Source: a virus
Lineage: Duplodnaviria > Caudoviricetes
Length of the DNA: 64,000 bases
IMG/VR virus record: IMGVR_UViG_3300038345_000144
Strand: one strand, 5' to 3'
The notes beneath the pieces are model-generated. The model did no database searches. It had not been told where the DNA came from and saw only the letters and a list, made by a program, of their open reading frames with translations. The position numbers and the translations under genes are program-made. Below are positions 27,877 through 37,817 of this stretch, piece after piece (within the stretch, counting starts at the first letter, position 1; each line of letters begins with the position of its first letter).

Positions 27877-28304
27877 TCTCCTTTAGCCTTTTTGTAAAGT
27901 TTCATTCCTGCTATTTTGTCATCAGACTCGGCTATGTCAGCAGACTTTACGCTGTTCATCCATACCCATCTGATTGTTCCCGTGCTGTAATCATAGACAT
28001 ATAAATACTTTTCCCAGTTTAAGTGTTCCAAGTAAATCTCAATTACTGCAAACTTAAAGTCATCAATGATACAAGCCCTTCTTGTAGGAATATCGTAGAT
28101 GTCTTCATCTTCATCACTGTCATACCACATCTCGATACTATCCTTAAAACGATTTGTCGTCGTATTGAACGCCGCCTCATAAAACTTGTTTAGCGATGGA
28201 TGGTCGGTCAAAATTGTCCCATCGCTGGCAATAACACAAATATTTATCTCAATTTTGTGTTCTTCTTGGTCTAAAATATCGGTCCAAGTCTGTAATAAGC
28301 CCAT
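27873..28304 (-). CDS. hypothetical protein
   Basis: ORF with RBS. Confidence 0.65.
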   Translation of the reverse strand: MGLLQTWTDILDQEEHKIEINICVIASDGTILTDHPSLNKFYEAAFNTTTNRFKDSIEMWYDSDEDEDIYDIPTRRACIIDDFKFAVIEIYLEHLNWEKYLYVYDYSTGTIRWVWMNSVKSADIAESDDKIAGMKLYKKAKGE

Positions 28305-28314
28305 AAATTCTCCT

Positions 28315-28875
28315 TTACCAACTCCAGTTTATTTCGCCCTGACAGTATTTCCAATGCTTCTGAATATCCTTAACACGAACACCTTTCAGGTGGGCAATAT
28401 CGAATAATGCGTTGGTAATGATATTGTCTGCTCCTTCTCCGAAAAAGTCTTCATCTCTCGGAGGTGCATCTTCTTCATCACTTACAGCGTCACATCTTAT
28501 TCTAATATAAGACCCCCAACCATTGTTCGCATTATCGTCCCATTCAACCTCCATAGCATTAAAGAAAGAAACAAGACAGCACTCGCTCATAGCGTCCAAT
28601 AAAGGCTTCTCGTTCCCTAAAATAGCACCTACCAACGAACCAATCTTATTGCTGTAATAAGTACGGATAGCACCACTTACCCTTATCTGCTTGCTTTCCA
28701 TTTCATCATCTCTGGGAACCTGGTCAAACAGGGAAGCACCCTTATATTTTCTGATTGCCTCTAACTCTGCCATATCTTTAACATAGCCGTTCTTGATTAA
28801 ATACTCATCAGCATCGTGCCACTCGTCGGTAAATTCCAACGGTATGACTATATTTAAGGTTTCTCTAAAAATCAT
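28315..28875 (-). CDS. hypothetical protein
   Basis: ORF with RBS. Confidence 0.7.
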   Translation of the reverse strand: MIFRETLNIVIPLEFTDEWHDADEYLIKNGYVKDMAELEAIRKYKGASLFDQVPRDDEMESKQIRVSGAIRTYYSNKIGSLVGAILGNEKPLLDAMSECCLVSFFNAMEVEWDDNANNGWGSYIRIRCDAVSDEEDAPPRDEDFFGEGADNIITNALFDIAHLKGVRVKDIQKHWKYCQGEINWSW

Positions 28876-28886
28876 ATCAACTCTCC

Positions 28887-29633
28887 TTAAAAGGTTGTAA
28901 GTAATTTGTAATACTGCTCGGCTAATCCTTGTCTTTGGTGGTTCAACAAATCCCAGCAGGACTTATCAGCCCTTAAAGCCTCACCCTCGGCATATAACTT
29001 CTGCCTGAATTGAGCATCAGTCTTTACTGGAGTGACATCTGTAAACCAGCCAACTCTCATCAAAGTTCTGTCGTCTTTATCCATCTCATAGCGGAATACT
29101 GGATTACCGTAGAGATTGAAGTTAATTCTGCCATTAGGGGCTGGAGGCATAATACGAGCCACTCCCAGTCGTAAGAAATCACATCTGAACTTCAATAACG
29201 ACCAGTAAGGTTCCAGTTTGTCTTTCTGGTTAGCATAATAAGCCAACCTGTTACCAGAAACATAACCAATAAGCCCAGAAGCAAAATCCTCATCAGCACA
29301 GATGTACTTGAAACACATATCAGCAGTCTTGCCAGTATAGTCAAGAGCAAACCTGTCCATAAAGATATAATATCTGGCTAACTCATAACGGTCATAGTCC
29401 TTACCAGAGTCCTCAATCATTCTCAAAATATCAATTGACTTATCTGACAGGTTCTTGGTCTCAAAATTAGCATCTCGGAGTATCAGTTTAATCAGATAGT
29501 TGATTTCATCAGCCCCGTGTTCATATACCAATTTCTTAATTTCAGCCTCATCGTGAGTTTTCCAAACGGCTTCGGTAAGTTGAATGGAATTTATAATCTT
29601 ACCGCCGTCTTTCTTTTTGAAGTTAAAAAACAT
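28887..29633 (-). CDS. hypothetical protein
   Basis: ORF with RBS. Confidence 0.7.
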   Translation of the reverse strand: MFFNFKKKDGGKIINSIQLTEAVWKTHDEAEIKKLVYEHGADEINYLIKLILRDANFETKNLSDKSIDILRMIEDSGKDYDRYELARYYIFMDRFALDYTGKTADMCFKYICADEDFASGLIGYVSGNRLAYYANQKDKLEPYWSLLKFRCDFLRLGVARIMPPAPNGRINFNLYGNPVFRYEMDKDDRTLMRVGWFTDVTPVKTDAQFRQKLYAEGEALRADKSCWDLLNHQRQGLAEQYYKLLTTF

Positions 29634-29645
29634 ACCCAGTTCTCC

Positions 29646-30014
29646 TTAAACTAAATAAGCATCAACGAGGTCATCTATTGAGTTTAATCCCTCATTCTTG
29701 GCAAATTCTTCCATTAACTCCTTAAACATAGACTGTTCCTCGTCGGTAAGTTCCCAGTCATTCTCACAATCCCAGTCACCATCAGGTTTTGAGATGTTGT
29801 AATAGGAGGTAATCTTCTTTGTAATCTTGTTATATCTTACATAGAAGTCTACCCAGTCGGTCTCTGACTCATCGGTATCTGTACCAAAGTAATAGTCATA
29901 ATTGACCTCTAAACATACAAAGAAATCAACATAACCGTCATCATATCCATAAGGGTCTTGGATTTTTACTCTATCTTTTGTTAGTTCAACTCGTCTTGGC
30001 TGTGACATAAGCAT
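29646..30014 (-). CDS. acidic hypothetical protein
   Basis: Paralogue of 32032-32421 (YFGTD, WELTDEE, EGL.SID). Confidence 0.7.
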   Translation of the reverse strand: MLMSQPRRVELTKDRVKIQDPYGYDDGYVDFFVCLEVNYDYYFGTDTDESETDWVDFYVRYNKITKKITSYYNISKPDGDWDCENDWELTDEEQSMFKELMEEFAKNEGLNSIDDLVDAYLV

Positions 30015-30081
30015 ATTCTCCTCATACTACATATTGTGGGATGATTAACCACTTTTACTAAAAACACACAATATATTGTGT

Positions 30082-30276
30082 TTATCTTCTGTTATTATCT
30101 GCTACACTCAATAAGCACCAATACTTATCCTGTGCAAACTTTTCTTTAGTTCGCTCGATTGCTGTATTCAAAGCGTCCTGCCAAGCATCAGCAAACGGCT
30201 TAACACTAAAGAACTCCTCGTACTCTTTTTCACCTGTTTTCTGGTTCAAGAAAGTAATCATAAAGTGAAATCCCAT
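30082..30276 (-). CDS. hypothetical protein
   Basis: ORF with RBS. Confidence 0.6.
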   Translation of the reverse strand: MGFHFMITFLNQKTGEKEYEEFFSVKPFADAWQDALNTAIERTKEKFAQDKYWCLLSVADNNRR

Positions 30277-30288
30277 ACTGCTTCTCCT

Positions 30289-31188
30289 TTAATCTTCCGT
30301 TATCCAACCTTTAGACAGGGAGCCGTCCTCATAAAGAACGGTATAGCCCAAGTCTGGTCGTGTATGCTGTAAAAACTTCTTTGCTTCTTCTTTGGTAGCA
30401 ACTATATGCTGTGGTTGAACACAGAAACAGGCTCTTTTGAGAGTAATTCTCATATTGTAAGGCAGTTCAATATCTCCCTGACAGCCATACACATAAGGTA
30501 CGGGCAGTTTCAGGTTGTATAAATCCTTAAAAGCAACATACAAGTCTGGTTCGTGCTGTAACTCATTGATTTTAGTGTGTTTTACGCCTATTTTCTCCAT
30601 AGTGGTCAAAAATTCATCTAACTTTTTACGGGTATCAATATAGCCCCTGACCAAATTGATAGATACTCGGACCTTATCAGCATACTTGGTGCAAATCTTC
30701 TCCAAAAGTTTAATCCTGTTAAACTTACTGGTAGCGTGTAGCACTTCGTTATTGATTTTCCAGTCATAGTGCTGTAAAGACACATTCAGGCAAGTAATGT
30801 TATCCATTATTTGCTCAAATATAGCATAATCTTGCTGTATGGCAATATGTAAAGATGTCGTGATATAGATGTTTTTTACAAAGGGCTTAATCCCAGTAAC
30901 ATACTCCAAAAGGGCAGTCGGATTTAGCATTGGTTCGCCGCCCAGTATGAGAATATCAGTTTTACCTGATAATTTTGTGGCTTCTATCATTTTAGGCACA
31001 TTCTGGGGCTTCCCAGTAATACCCTTACGCTCAATGCAGAATTCACAACGGTTATCACACGCCTTTGTAAATCTAACATCTAACGAGTCTTTATAAATCC
31101 CGTCGCAACTGTTTAATCTTGAATACATATTATTAGTGACAGTTTGTGCTATCGTTGACATCGTGACTTCCCCAGTGACATCTCTCAT
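30289..31188 (-). CDS. radical SAM protein
   Basis: CDNRCEFC (CxxxCxxC), GGEP, NVSLQH; start uncertain. Confidence 0.85.
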   Translation of the reverse strand: MRDVTGEVTMSTIAQTVTNNMYSRLNSCDGIYKDSLDVRFTKACDNRCEFCIERKGITGKPQNVPKMIEATKLSGKTDILILGGEPMLNPTALLEYVTGIKPFVKNIYITTSLHIAIQQDYAIFEQIMDNITCLNVSLQHYDWKINNEVLHATSKFNRIKLLEKICTKYADKVRVSINLVRGYIDTRKKLDEFLTTMEKIGVKHTKINELQHEPDLYVAFKDLYNLKLPVPYVYGCQGDIELPYNMRITLKRACFCVQPQHIVATKEEAKKFLQHTRPDLGYTVLYEDGSLSKGWITED

Positions 31189-31588
31189 TTACTGCTGAAT
31201 AATTACGGGAACTATTGCTACTATTGCTGTATCTTTCTTCCATAAGTTTTCTGTTGCGGGCTTCGTTGGACTGGTTGTTTCTCTTATAAATGAGGTCAAC
31301 CTTTTCTACGATTTCTTCCAGAATGTCTGAATAGTAACTTGCTACAAACTCATACATCTCGTCATCATCAAGTAAATCAGGGTCTTTTCCGTGTGTCCTG
31401 ATAAATCTATTAACCACGCCAGCAAATTCTTTAGCATCATAGTACCAGCACTCGACTACATCTTCGGACAAAGGCTTCTCTACCTTTATATACTTACCGT
31501 ATTTTTTAGAGTCACCAATGATAAAGGCTGTGCCTCTCCAATGACTTTCGCTGTCTTTAATAGCAGTCGTTCTATTATAATAAGCCAT
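31133..31588 (-). CDS. hypothetical protein
   Basis: ORF with RBS. Confidence 0.6.
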   Translation of the reverse strand: MAYYNRTTAIKDSESHWRGTAFIIGDSKKYGKYIKVEKPLSEDVVECWYYDAKEFAGVVNRFIRTHGKDPDLLDDDEMYEFVASYYSDILEEIVEKVDLIYKRNNQSNEARNRKLMEERYSNSSNSSRNYSAVNERCHWGSHDVNDSTNCH

Positions 31589-31600
31589 AATTTATACTCC

Positions 31601-31957
31601 TTAAATTGAATGTTCTGCGGATAGATGTCGGACAAACTCCACCTGATTTTGTGTCAGATTATCCAACTGCTTTTGAACTTCGGCAATCCTTTTCTCTCTA
31701 AAGGACTTTAAGGCACATTCAACAAAAGACCTATCGGTTGAATAAATAGCCCAATTGCCTCCTGTTAACTTCTTAACTACCTCAACTTCTCGGTTCCAGT
31801 CAATATATCTGGTGCTATACAGGTCGCTTAAAAATATAGGAGTGCAAACATAATTATTACCACGCTCATCTTGTAAGATGTCATAAGAGTATATGGAAAA
31901 ACTTTCGCACTCTGCGTCATAAAAACCGCCGTATAAAATTCCAACTGGCTCGCTCAT
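31601..31957 (-). CDS. hypothetical protein
   Basis: ORF with RBS. Confidence 0.65.
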   Translation of the reverse strand: MSEPVGILYGGFYDAECESFSIYSYDILQDERGNNYVCTPIFLSDLYSTRYIDWNREVEVVKKLTGGNWAIYSTDRSFVECALKSFREKRIAEVQKQLDNLTQNQVEFVRHLSAEHSI

Positions 31958-32031
31958 AATTGCCTCCTATTATCTTCTAAATGTACTTAATAAAAATAAC
32001 AACGCTAACCGCATTGTATTACCCCCAAATC

Positions 32032-32421
32032 TTAATAGTCTTCGTCTTCAGTGCCGTCAGCCATCTCATACATATACCACTCGTCGATGCTTAACAACCC
32101 TTCAGCACGAACATACTCATCCATCAACTCTTTGATGAATTCTTTTTCTTCATCTGTAAGTTCCCAGTCGAAACTCTCGATATGACCTTTTCCGTCATCA
32201 ACGGCGTAATTGGCTGAAATTTCACAGGTGTCTGGGTCAAATACTACCCAGAAACCCATCAGGAATGAGTCTTCGTTATTGGCGATGTCTGTGCCAAAAT
32301 ACTTATCCTCATCAAAGAGGCACTCGGCGGTAAACTCAATCTCGGAGTCACTATGTATTAAGTGTCTGTCTCTCAACCTGATACTATCCTTGTTGATTTC
32401 GATTTGTCTTTCTCTACCCAT
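32032..32421 (-). CDS. acidic hypothetical protein
   Basis: Paralogue of 29646-30014. Confidence 0.7.
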   Translation of the reverse strand: MGRERQIEINKDSIRLRDRHLIHSDSEIEFTAECLFDEDKYFGTDIANNEDSFLMGFWVVFDPDTCEISANYAVDDGKGHIESFDWELTDEEKEFIKELMDEYVRAEGLLSIDEWYMYEMADGTEDEDY

Positions 32422-32433
32422 AGTTAGTCTCCT

Positions 32434-32778
32434 TTATATCAAGTTATAATCTTCTCCTTCAGAATAACCGATTAACGCTGTATTAAGCGTAACAGGGAGA
32501 GTAATCAAATAGATGGTATCTCCGTCATCTGGGTCAGTGTCATAATAATCTTTCTCACCATCATCCTCATCATAAGTAAGAGCCTTCATAATCTGGTCGC
32601 CATCCAAAGACTTTAAGAACTCAAGTAATTTTTCATCGTCGATGTCTTCCATCTGGTCTTTAACGATGTCTTCCCAGTCGTTTGAAACGGTATATCTAAT
32701 ATCGTCCTCATAATCAGCACCAGCAATTAAAGATGATGCACACATAGTAAATTCAAGATTAAAAGTAATTTTAGCCAT
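32434..32778 (-). CDS. acidic hypothetical protein
   Basis: ORF with RBS. Confidence 0.65.
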   Translation of the reverse strand: MAKITFNLEFTMCASSLIAGADYEDDIRYTVSNDWEDIVKDQMEDIDDEKLLEFLKSLDGDQIMKALTYDEDDGEKDYYDTDPDDGDTIYLITLPVTLNTALIGYSEGEDYNLI

Positions 32779-32792
32779 AATGTTGTTCTCCT

Positions 32793-33257
32793 TTAGTCAT
32801 AGTCTTCAATATCAATTTCACCATCGCCGTCAACTTCCCCAACATTTACATTGAGTTCCTCAATTTCAGGGAGAAGTTCAGCAAGTGTGTCTTCGCCAAC
32901 ACACGCAGAAGTAATCATACCTTCCTCGTACTCTACATCGTCGATTTCAGGCGGGTAACAGTCCTCTGGAGGTCCATAAGTCTTACCAGGGTCGTAGTAA
33001 CAAGTTCCCCAGCACTTAACTCTTGCTCTTATTTCGATACAATATTCAGTATTTGTCAAGAGCAAAGTATCATTTGTATCACTATCGGTAATTTCCCAGT
33101 CAATGATTTCTCCATCGGCGTTCGCCATTACCAAATTGGCAATCTTTTCATCAAATTTCTCGGAGGTATCATAATCTTCAGGGTGAAACTCCCTATTTGT
33201 TTTGACAGAATAATAAATCTTTATTGTCTGCCAGTCAGTAGTAGAAAATCGTGCCAT
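32793..33257 (-). CDS. acidic hypothetical protein
   Basis: PGKTYGPPEDCYPPE; related to 42424-42873 and 53240-53674. Confidence 0.7.
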   Translation of the reverse strand: MARFSTTDWQTIKIYYSVKTNREFHPEDYDTSEKFDEKIANLVMANADGEIIDWEITDSDTNDTLLLTNTEYCIEIRARVKCWGTCYYDPGKTYGPPEDCYPPEIDDVEYEEGMITSACVGEDTLAELLPEIEELNVNVGEVDGDGEIDIEDYD

Positions 33258-33268
33258 AAGTAATCTCC

Positions 33269-33820
33269 TTATTCATACTTATAAAGGTTTCCATCGCTAT
33301 CTACAAAGTAATCCATACTTGCCAGTTCCTTATCAAGTACCCTGTGTAACTCATTATAATCTGCATATACATCAGGGGTAATTCCTGTAAGTGTAGTAAG
33401 TAAACCTTGTCCGTTAATATAAATATCCAAAGTTTCACTGGCATCATTATATTCACAAGACATTTGACCAACAGGGTCTTCCTGTGTAGCAATTACTTGC
33501 TTAATTTTTTCAATGTTAAGTCTGTAAAGCGGGTAAGTGCAATATCCTGACTGCTTTCTCAATCCTGCAAACTCGGCTAACCCATTCTCGGTAAGCCAGT
33601 CTTCAACTTCTGGAAGATTGTTGGTGTCCAGATATGCACATCCTTCTGGGGCGGGTATATTATCTACCTCAATCAAATTAACAGTAAAAGTAGCATAACG
33701 GTCCCAGAACCTCAAATCTTCGTCCCAGCAGAGTGCTGATAAAGCCAACTGCCCATCATAATATGTCGATAACTGTAATTTAATGGTGTAAGTACCATAA
33801 CTTGACTTGTATTTTAACAT
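33269..33820 (-). CDS. DUF4313-like protein
   Basis: YATFTVNL, AYLDTNN, WLTENGLA, SGYCTYPLYRLN. Confidence 0.7.
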   Translation of the reverse strand: MLKYKSSYGTYTIKLQLSTYYDGQLALSALCWDEDLRFWDRYATFTVNLIEVDNIPAPEGCAYLDTNNLPEVEDWLTENGLAEFAGLRKQSGYCTYPLYRLNIEKIKQVIATQEDPVGQMSCEYNDASETLDIYINGQGLLTTLTGITPDVYADYNELHRVLDKELASMDYFVDSDGNLYKYE

Positions 33821-33829
33821 AGGGTCTCC

Positions 33830-34273
33830 TTATATTGTGGTAGTGGAAAGATTATCCATTCCGTCCTGAAGTATATCGGATTGTACGATTTCATCTACGG
33901 AGTCATAACTGCATTTATAGTCATAGTTTTCATAGCCGTTTTCTTCATCATAGTCAGCAATCGTTTTGAGTACCTCTACGATTTTATACTTGGCTATCAT
34001 CTTTTGAGGGAACAACCTGTCATCACCCTTATAAGTAAATCCATATTTTTCCTCAAAGTAATCAATGAGGGCAGGGTAATAGTCTATCTGTTCGTGCTCA
34101 ATAAGATTACAGCCCTCTTCGGGTTCATAATCCTCATTGAGGTTCTCTTGTACTCTTAATATATGTACGCTACGAACATCAAAAGCGATGAAGTATTTTA
34201 CATACATACCGCCTGACTTGGCATTACCGTACTTGGAGCAGTCATAGGTCGTATTAAGTAAATCCATACTCAT
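33830..34273 (-). CDS. hypothetical protein
   Basis: Coupled ORF. Confidence 0.65.
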   Translation of the reverse strand: MSMDLLNTTYDCSKYGNAKSGGMYVKYFIAFDVRSVHILRVQENLNEDYEPEEGCNLIEHEQIDYYPALIDYFEEKYGFTYKGDDRLFPQKMIAKYKIVEVLKTIADYDEENGYENYDYKCSYDSVDEIVQSDILQDGMDNLSTTTI

Positions 34274-34539
34274 TCTCCTTTTTCATCACAATAGTCTGTA
34301 AACCATTCGCAAGGGTCAGGACATTCAGAACAAAGTTCATATACTTCCTCAAGCAAATCGTCAGCAACTATTCTATCATAAATCTTATCAAAATATCCAT
34401 ACCATTTTTTGAAGTCTTCCTCAAAGGTTGTAGGTAGACCAATTTTTTCAATAGCGGGAGTAAATGCCTCCGCACCGTTCCAAATCTGCAACATCTCACA
34501 GATTGTTTCAATAACATCAAAATAGTCTTGGGCTTGCAT
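34270..34539 (-). CDS. acidic hypothetical protein
   Basis: ORF with RBS. Confidence 0.65.
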   Translation of the reverse strand: MQAQDYFDVIETICEMLQIWNGAEAFTPAIEKIGLPTTFEEDFKKWYGYFDKIYDRIVADDLLEEVYELCSECPDPCEWFTDYCDEKGE

Positions 34540-34555
34540 ATATTCTCCTTTTCAG

Positions 34556-34589
34556 AAAAAAGGTGCATATCGTATTGATATACACCTTC
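34556..34589 (-). terminator. intrinsic terminator after FtsK-like genes
   Basis: AAGGTGTATATC/GATATGCACCTT stem plus T-tract. Confidence 0.55.
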
Positions 34590-34613
34590 CATTCCATAAA
34601 TTATTCTCCTTAA

Positions 34614-35702
34614 TTAAAAGTATTGCATCGCTCCAGCAAACATCTGGGTCTCGATGATTTCATTACCAATTCCAACAAATCCTCTGCACTTAATTTCAGG
34701 TCTGCAAAGGTTGGAAATATCTTTCTCAAACATAAGAGTTGATGCACCGTCATCAAAACCACCCATCAAAATACCCATCTGGATGTTATTCTTCAAATCC
34801 GTACTGATTGTAGAACCAGAAGGTCTGATACATCCGAGTACCAAATGAATACCCGAAGCACGACCCAAACGAGCAAGTGAACCTAATGCAGTCTTAATGG
34901 TATCAACAGCCTTATAATCATCGTTATCCATAAGCAAAGACATCTCATCTACCATAAAGATAATTGTCTTCGGCTGGAAAATTCCATCAACTTTCTTAAT
35001 ATCCTTATCCTTAAAAGGAACACCATTAACCGTAACGCCCTTGAATTTTCCGTCTTTCAAACCGTTAGCCAATTCTTCAATAGTCATAATGGTTTCCCTC
35101 TTGCCGTCGGGATAAAGGGTAAGGTAGTAAGCGTACTTCCTGTCGTCAGTATCAATGTCATACTTAACAGGGAGCAAATTATCAAACTGCAATCTGCCAA
35201 CAGGTGTATCATAATAATCTACCAACACACCTCTATCGCAATTACTGTTACTGACCTTATAGATATTATTAACCCTATTTGCTTCCATCATCCTAAAACG
35301 GGTCATCATAAGTCTCTGGAGAACCTCCAAAGTAGAAGCAACAGCAACAACATCAGTCAATACATCAACAAACCTATGACGGACATCGCCAAAACTTATT
35401 CTGCTCAAGTCAGCACCGACCAACTGGAACTTATTACTAAACTTCGAGATATGGTTAACGATACATCTCTCAACAACATCTCTACCTGAACCTGTGCCTC
35501 CAGCAATTAAAAGTGAAGTGCTGGGGAAAGTGCCATAGTAACCCTTTTCCATCAAATTCTGGTCATTAAGATACCAGCCTACGATTTCTTCTTTACCTTT
35601 AGCATTTAATGTTACTCCCAACGGAACATAAGACCAAGCCTGGTCCTGATTGGGAAACAATAATGCTTCTTTAGTTAAGGTCTTCTTCTTATCTTTGCTC
35701 AT
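34614..35702 (-). CDS. FtsK/SpoIIIE/coupling-protein-like ATPase with degenerate Walker A
   Basis: VPLG, LLIAGGTGSGRD, FMVDE, ARLGRASGIHLVL, KNN. Confidence 0.8.
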   Translation of the reverse strand: MSKDKKKTLTKEALLFPNQDQAWSYVPLGVTLNAKGKEEIVGWYLNDQNLMEKGYYGTFPSTSLLIAGGTGSGRDVVERCIVNHISKFSNKFQLVGADLSRISFGDVRHRFVDVLTDVVAVASTLEVLQRLMMTRFRMMEANRVNNIYKVSNSNCDRGVLVDYYDTPVGRLQFDNLLPVKYDIDTDDRKYAYYLTLYPDGKRETIMTIEELANGLKDGKFKGVTVNGVPFKDKDIKKVDGIFQPKTIIFMVDEMSLLMDNDDYKAVDTIKTALGSLARLGRASGIHLVLGCIRPSGSTISTDLKNNIQMGILMGGFDDGASTLMFEKDISNLCRPEIKCRGFVGIGNEIIETQMFAGAMQYF

Positions 35703-35734
35703 AAATATATCGTCCTTTCGTATATTAAAATAAT

Positions 35735-36181
35735 TTACTTTGACTTAAAAATACGCCAAGATTTAATCGTGTCCCAGATTGACCCTTTAACTTCAACCAT
35801 TGTGTCAATACTTAACGGGTTATTTTGGATAACACCAGGCAAAATCGTAGCATCGTTTCTCTGGGTACACAAGATACAGTGAATACCCGCAGAACGACCT
35901 AACTGGGTTATGGACTGAATATTACTTAAAATTTCATCTTTAAGAGCGTCTTCTGCCTTACCCTCTGTGGTCTTAATACCTGATTTACCTGTCAACTCCG
36001 CAATCTCATCTACAACGATGAGTAATCTCGGCATATCGTCTGTGCAGATTTTATCCACACAATTCTTATTAACTGGGACCCAGTGTTCATCATCCAAACA
36101 GATGTCCAACTCTGGAGCCACTACGGAAACCTTCTTTGCTTTTGCAGAAGTTCCGCTATCTTGATGGTCTAACCAACCCAT
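35735..36181 (-). CDS. FtsK-like ATPase middle fragment plus short intein N-fragment
   Basis: LLIVVDEIAEL, LGRSAGIH, TQR, IQNN then PLSIDTMVEV (35738-35818). Confidence 0.75.
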   Translation of the reverse strand: MGWLDHQDSGTSAKAKKVSVVAPELDICLDDEHWVPVNKNCVDKICTDDMPRLLIVVDEIAELTGKSGIKTTEGKAEDALKDEILSNIQSITQLGRSAGIHCILCTQRNDATILPGVIQNNPLSIDTMVEVKGSIWDTIKSWRIFKSK

Positions 36182-36201
36182 AAATTCCCTCCTAAAAATT
36201 A

Positions 36202-36456
36202 TTAAGTAACAAGTTGTACTTTTGTCGTCTTGATTTCAAGTACCCTGTTGATTATCAGATTACCGCCATTTTCCTTGATATAGTTCTTGGCACTCAAATA
36301 AGCATCGCACCAAGCAGTCTCTTCAAGTTCAATTACTTCTTCCCAGCGTGGAATTGTTTTTTGTTCTTCGGCGTAGGACTCAACAACATAACCCGACTCA
36401 TCAACGATGTCATAGCGTTCATTAACTACAAAGATTTCACTTTCGGTCTTAATCAT
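36202..36456 (-). CDS. hypothetical protein
   Basis: ORF with RBS. Confidence 0.65.
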   Translation of the reverse strand: MIKTESEIFVVNERYDIVDESGYVVESYAEEQKTIPRWEEVIELEETAWCDAYLSAKNYIKENGGNLIINRVLEIKTTKVQLVT

Positions 36457-36468
36457 ACTGCTTCTCCA

Positions 36469-36912
36469 TTAAGGTAATTTAAGAACATCATATCCTGAAA
36501 GAAAACTGATTATCCTCTCACTCAAATTACACGCTTCTTCTAATAAAGCGATGTACTTTTTGGTGGTAGGAATGTCATAATAAACCGAAGGACTCATACG
36601 AATACCGTGAGTAATCTCAACGCCCTCGTATCTCTGATAATAATGATTATTATTATCAAGTTCATAAACATCAGGGTCAGTGGTTAATTTGATGCTAATG
36701 GCGTGTAAATCAGCCTCACCTTTAGAAACGACTTCGAACTTAATTTCAGTAATCGTTTCTTCCTTATCGTCCTCTTCTTCATAGTCTTCTTTTTCGACTG
36801 TAAGCACTCTGGTTATCTTCCTGAACTCAAAGTTGCCGTTCTCCGAGGCATAAATCACCTCAATATTGCAGTCTTTCTCATCTAAAATTCCAAAGCGTCG
36901 GTATTTTCTCAT
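36469..36912 (-). CDS. hypothetical protein
   Basis: GGAGG RBS. Confidence 0.65.
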   Translation of the reverse strand: MRKYRRFGILDEKDCNIEVIYASENGNFEFRKITRVLTVEKEDYEEEDDKEETITEIKFEVVSKGEADLHAISIKLTTDPDVYELDNNNHYYQRYEGVEITHGIRMSPSVYYDIPTTKKYIALLEEACNLSERIISFLSGYDVLKLP

Positions 36913-36951
36913 CTCTCAAACCTCCGAATTTCTTTACTTTCAATGCTCATT

Positions 36952-36972
36952 TATTATAATTAAATAGTCTTT
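36952..36972 (-). promoter_or_regulatory. 21-bp motif AAAGACTATTTAATTATAATA, copy 1
   Basis: Identical copy at 53213-53233. Confidence 0.55.
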
Positions 36973-36979
36973 CACGAAG

Positions 36980-37011
36980 TAAAAACAGGAAAACCTTTCG
37001 GTTCTCCTGTT
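36980..37011 (-). terminator. intrinsic terminator
   Basis: AACAGGAGAACC-GAAA-GGTTTTCCTGTT plus T-tract. Confidence 0.65.
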
Positions 37012-37017
37012 ACTTGC

Positions 37018-37644
37018 TTAATTAACTGCTGTATAAGGCGGGTGGCAGACATAATTCTTACCATTCCAAGTTATGTGTCCACACAACCATTTCTTACCTT
37101 TGTCTGTACGCAACTCATTAGGGAATGAACACCAATGAAGTCCGTTTTCACCGTCATCATATTGAGCACGGAGTTTATGCTTCGAGTAGTCCTCTACGAT
37201 AGTTACTACATATTTTTGCTGAATAGGTCTATTTAAGGCTGGAGCCTGATATACCGCTTTGGTCTTATCCCAGTCAGTGATAGGGGCAAATTCAAGTGGG
37301 TTCTTATCAGCATCACTTATAGCATAAAGATGAAACTGGGTATAGTCCTTATACTTGGTAGAGTTGGTTACGGGTTTCAGGGTCATAGCCGACTCGTCAT
37401 ATACAGCATATACATCTACGGCTTTGTTGAAGCCAAAAGTATAGCCGAAATAGTCCAAATAATTGAGACCTAACTCCTTAAATACCTTTTCAACATCATA
37501 CTCCAGAAAAACTCCAGGTGGAATGGTAATCCAGTCCTTGAAATTAGAACTCTCTGTACGAACAACAAAGGTCGAACTAAAAGCCACTAATCCTTTTCTG
37601 GTTAAGACAAACTCGCTATCTGTCATCCTGATTATCTGTGACAT
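37018..37644 (-). CDS. hypothetical protein
   Basis: 208-aa ORF, RBS. Confidence 0.7.
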   Translation of the reverse strand: MSQIIRMTDSEFVLTRKGLVAFSSTFVVRTESSNFKDWITIPPGVFLEYDVEKVFKELGLNYLDYFGYTFGFNKAVDVYAVYDESAMTLKPVTNSTKYKDYTQFHLYAISDADKNPLEFAPITDWDKTKAVYQAPALNRPIQQKYVVTIVEDYSKHKLRAQYDDGENGLHWCSFPNELRTDKGKKWLCGHITWNGKNYVCHPPYTAVN

Positions 37645-37817
37645 ATACTTGTCTCCTTCTTACTTAAAAAATCGCTTTGATTTTTTCTCTCATTTCTCTC
37701 TATATTCTCTCTTTATCTGGATATTATCTGGTAGAAATTTCTGGTTAACTATATACACCTATTAACCATTCTTACCTATATCTATACCCATAAATTATGT
37801 AACTTTTTTTGCACATT

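Noticed and set aside
34368-34592. 74-aa minus ORF overlapping 34270-34539
   Set aside because: Spans a terminator and overlaps a better-supported gene in another frame
37590-37644. MTDSEFVLTRKGLV as the missing intein piece
   Set aside because: Only a faint block-A resemblance; no recognisable block B or C-terminal motifs
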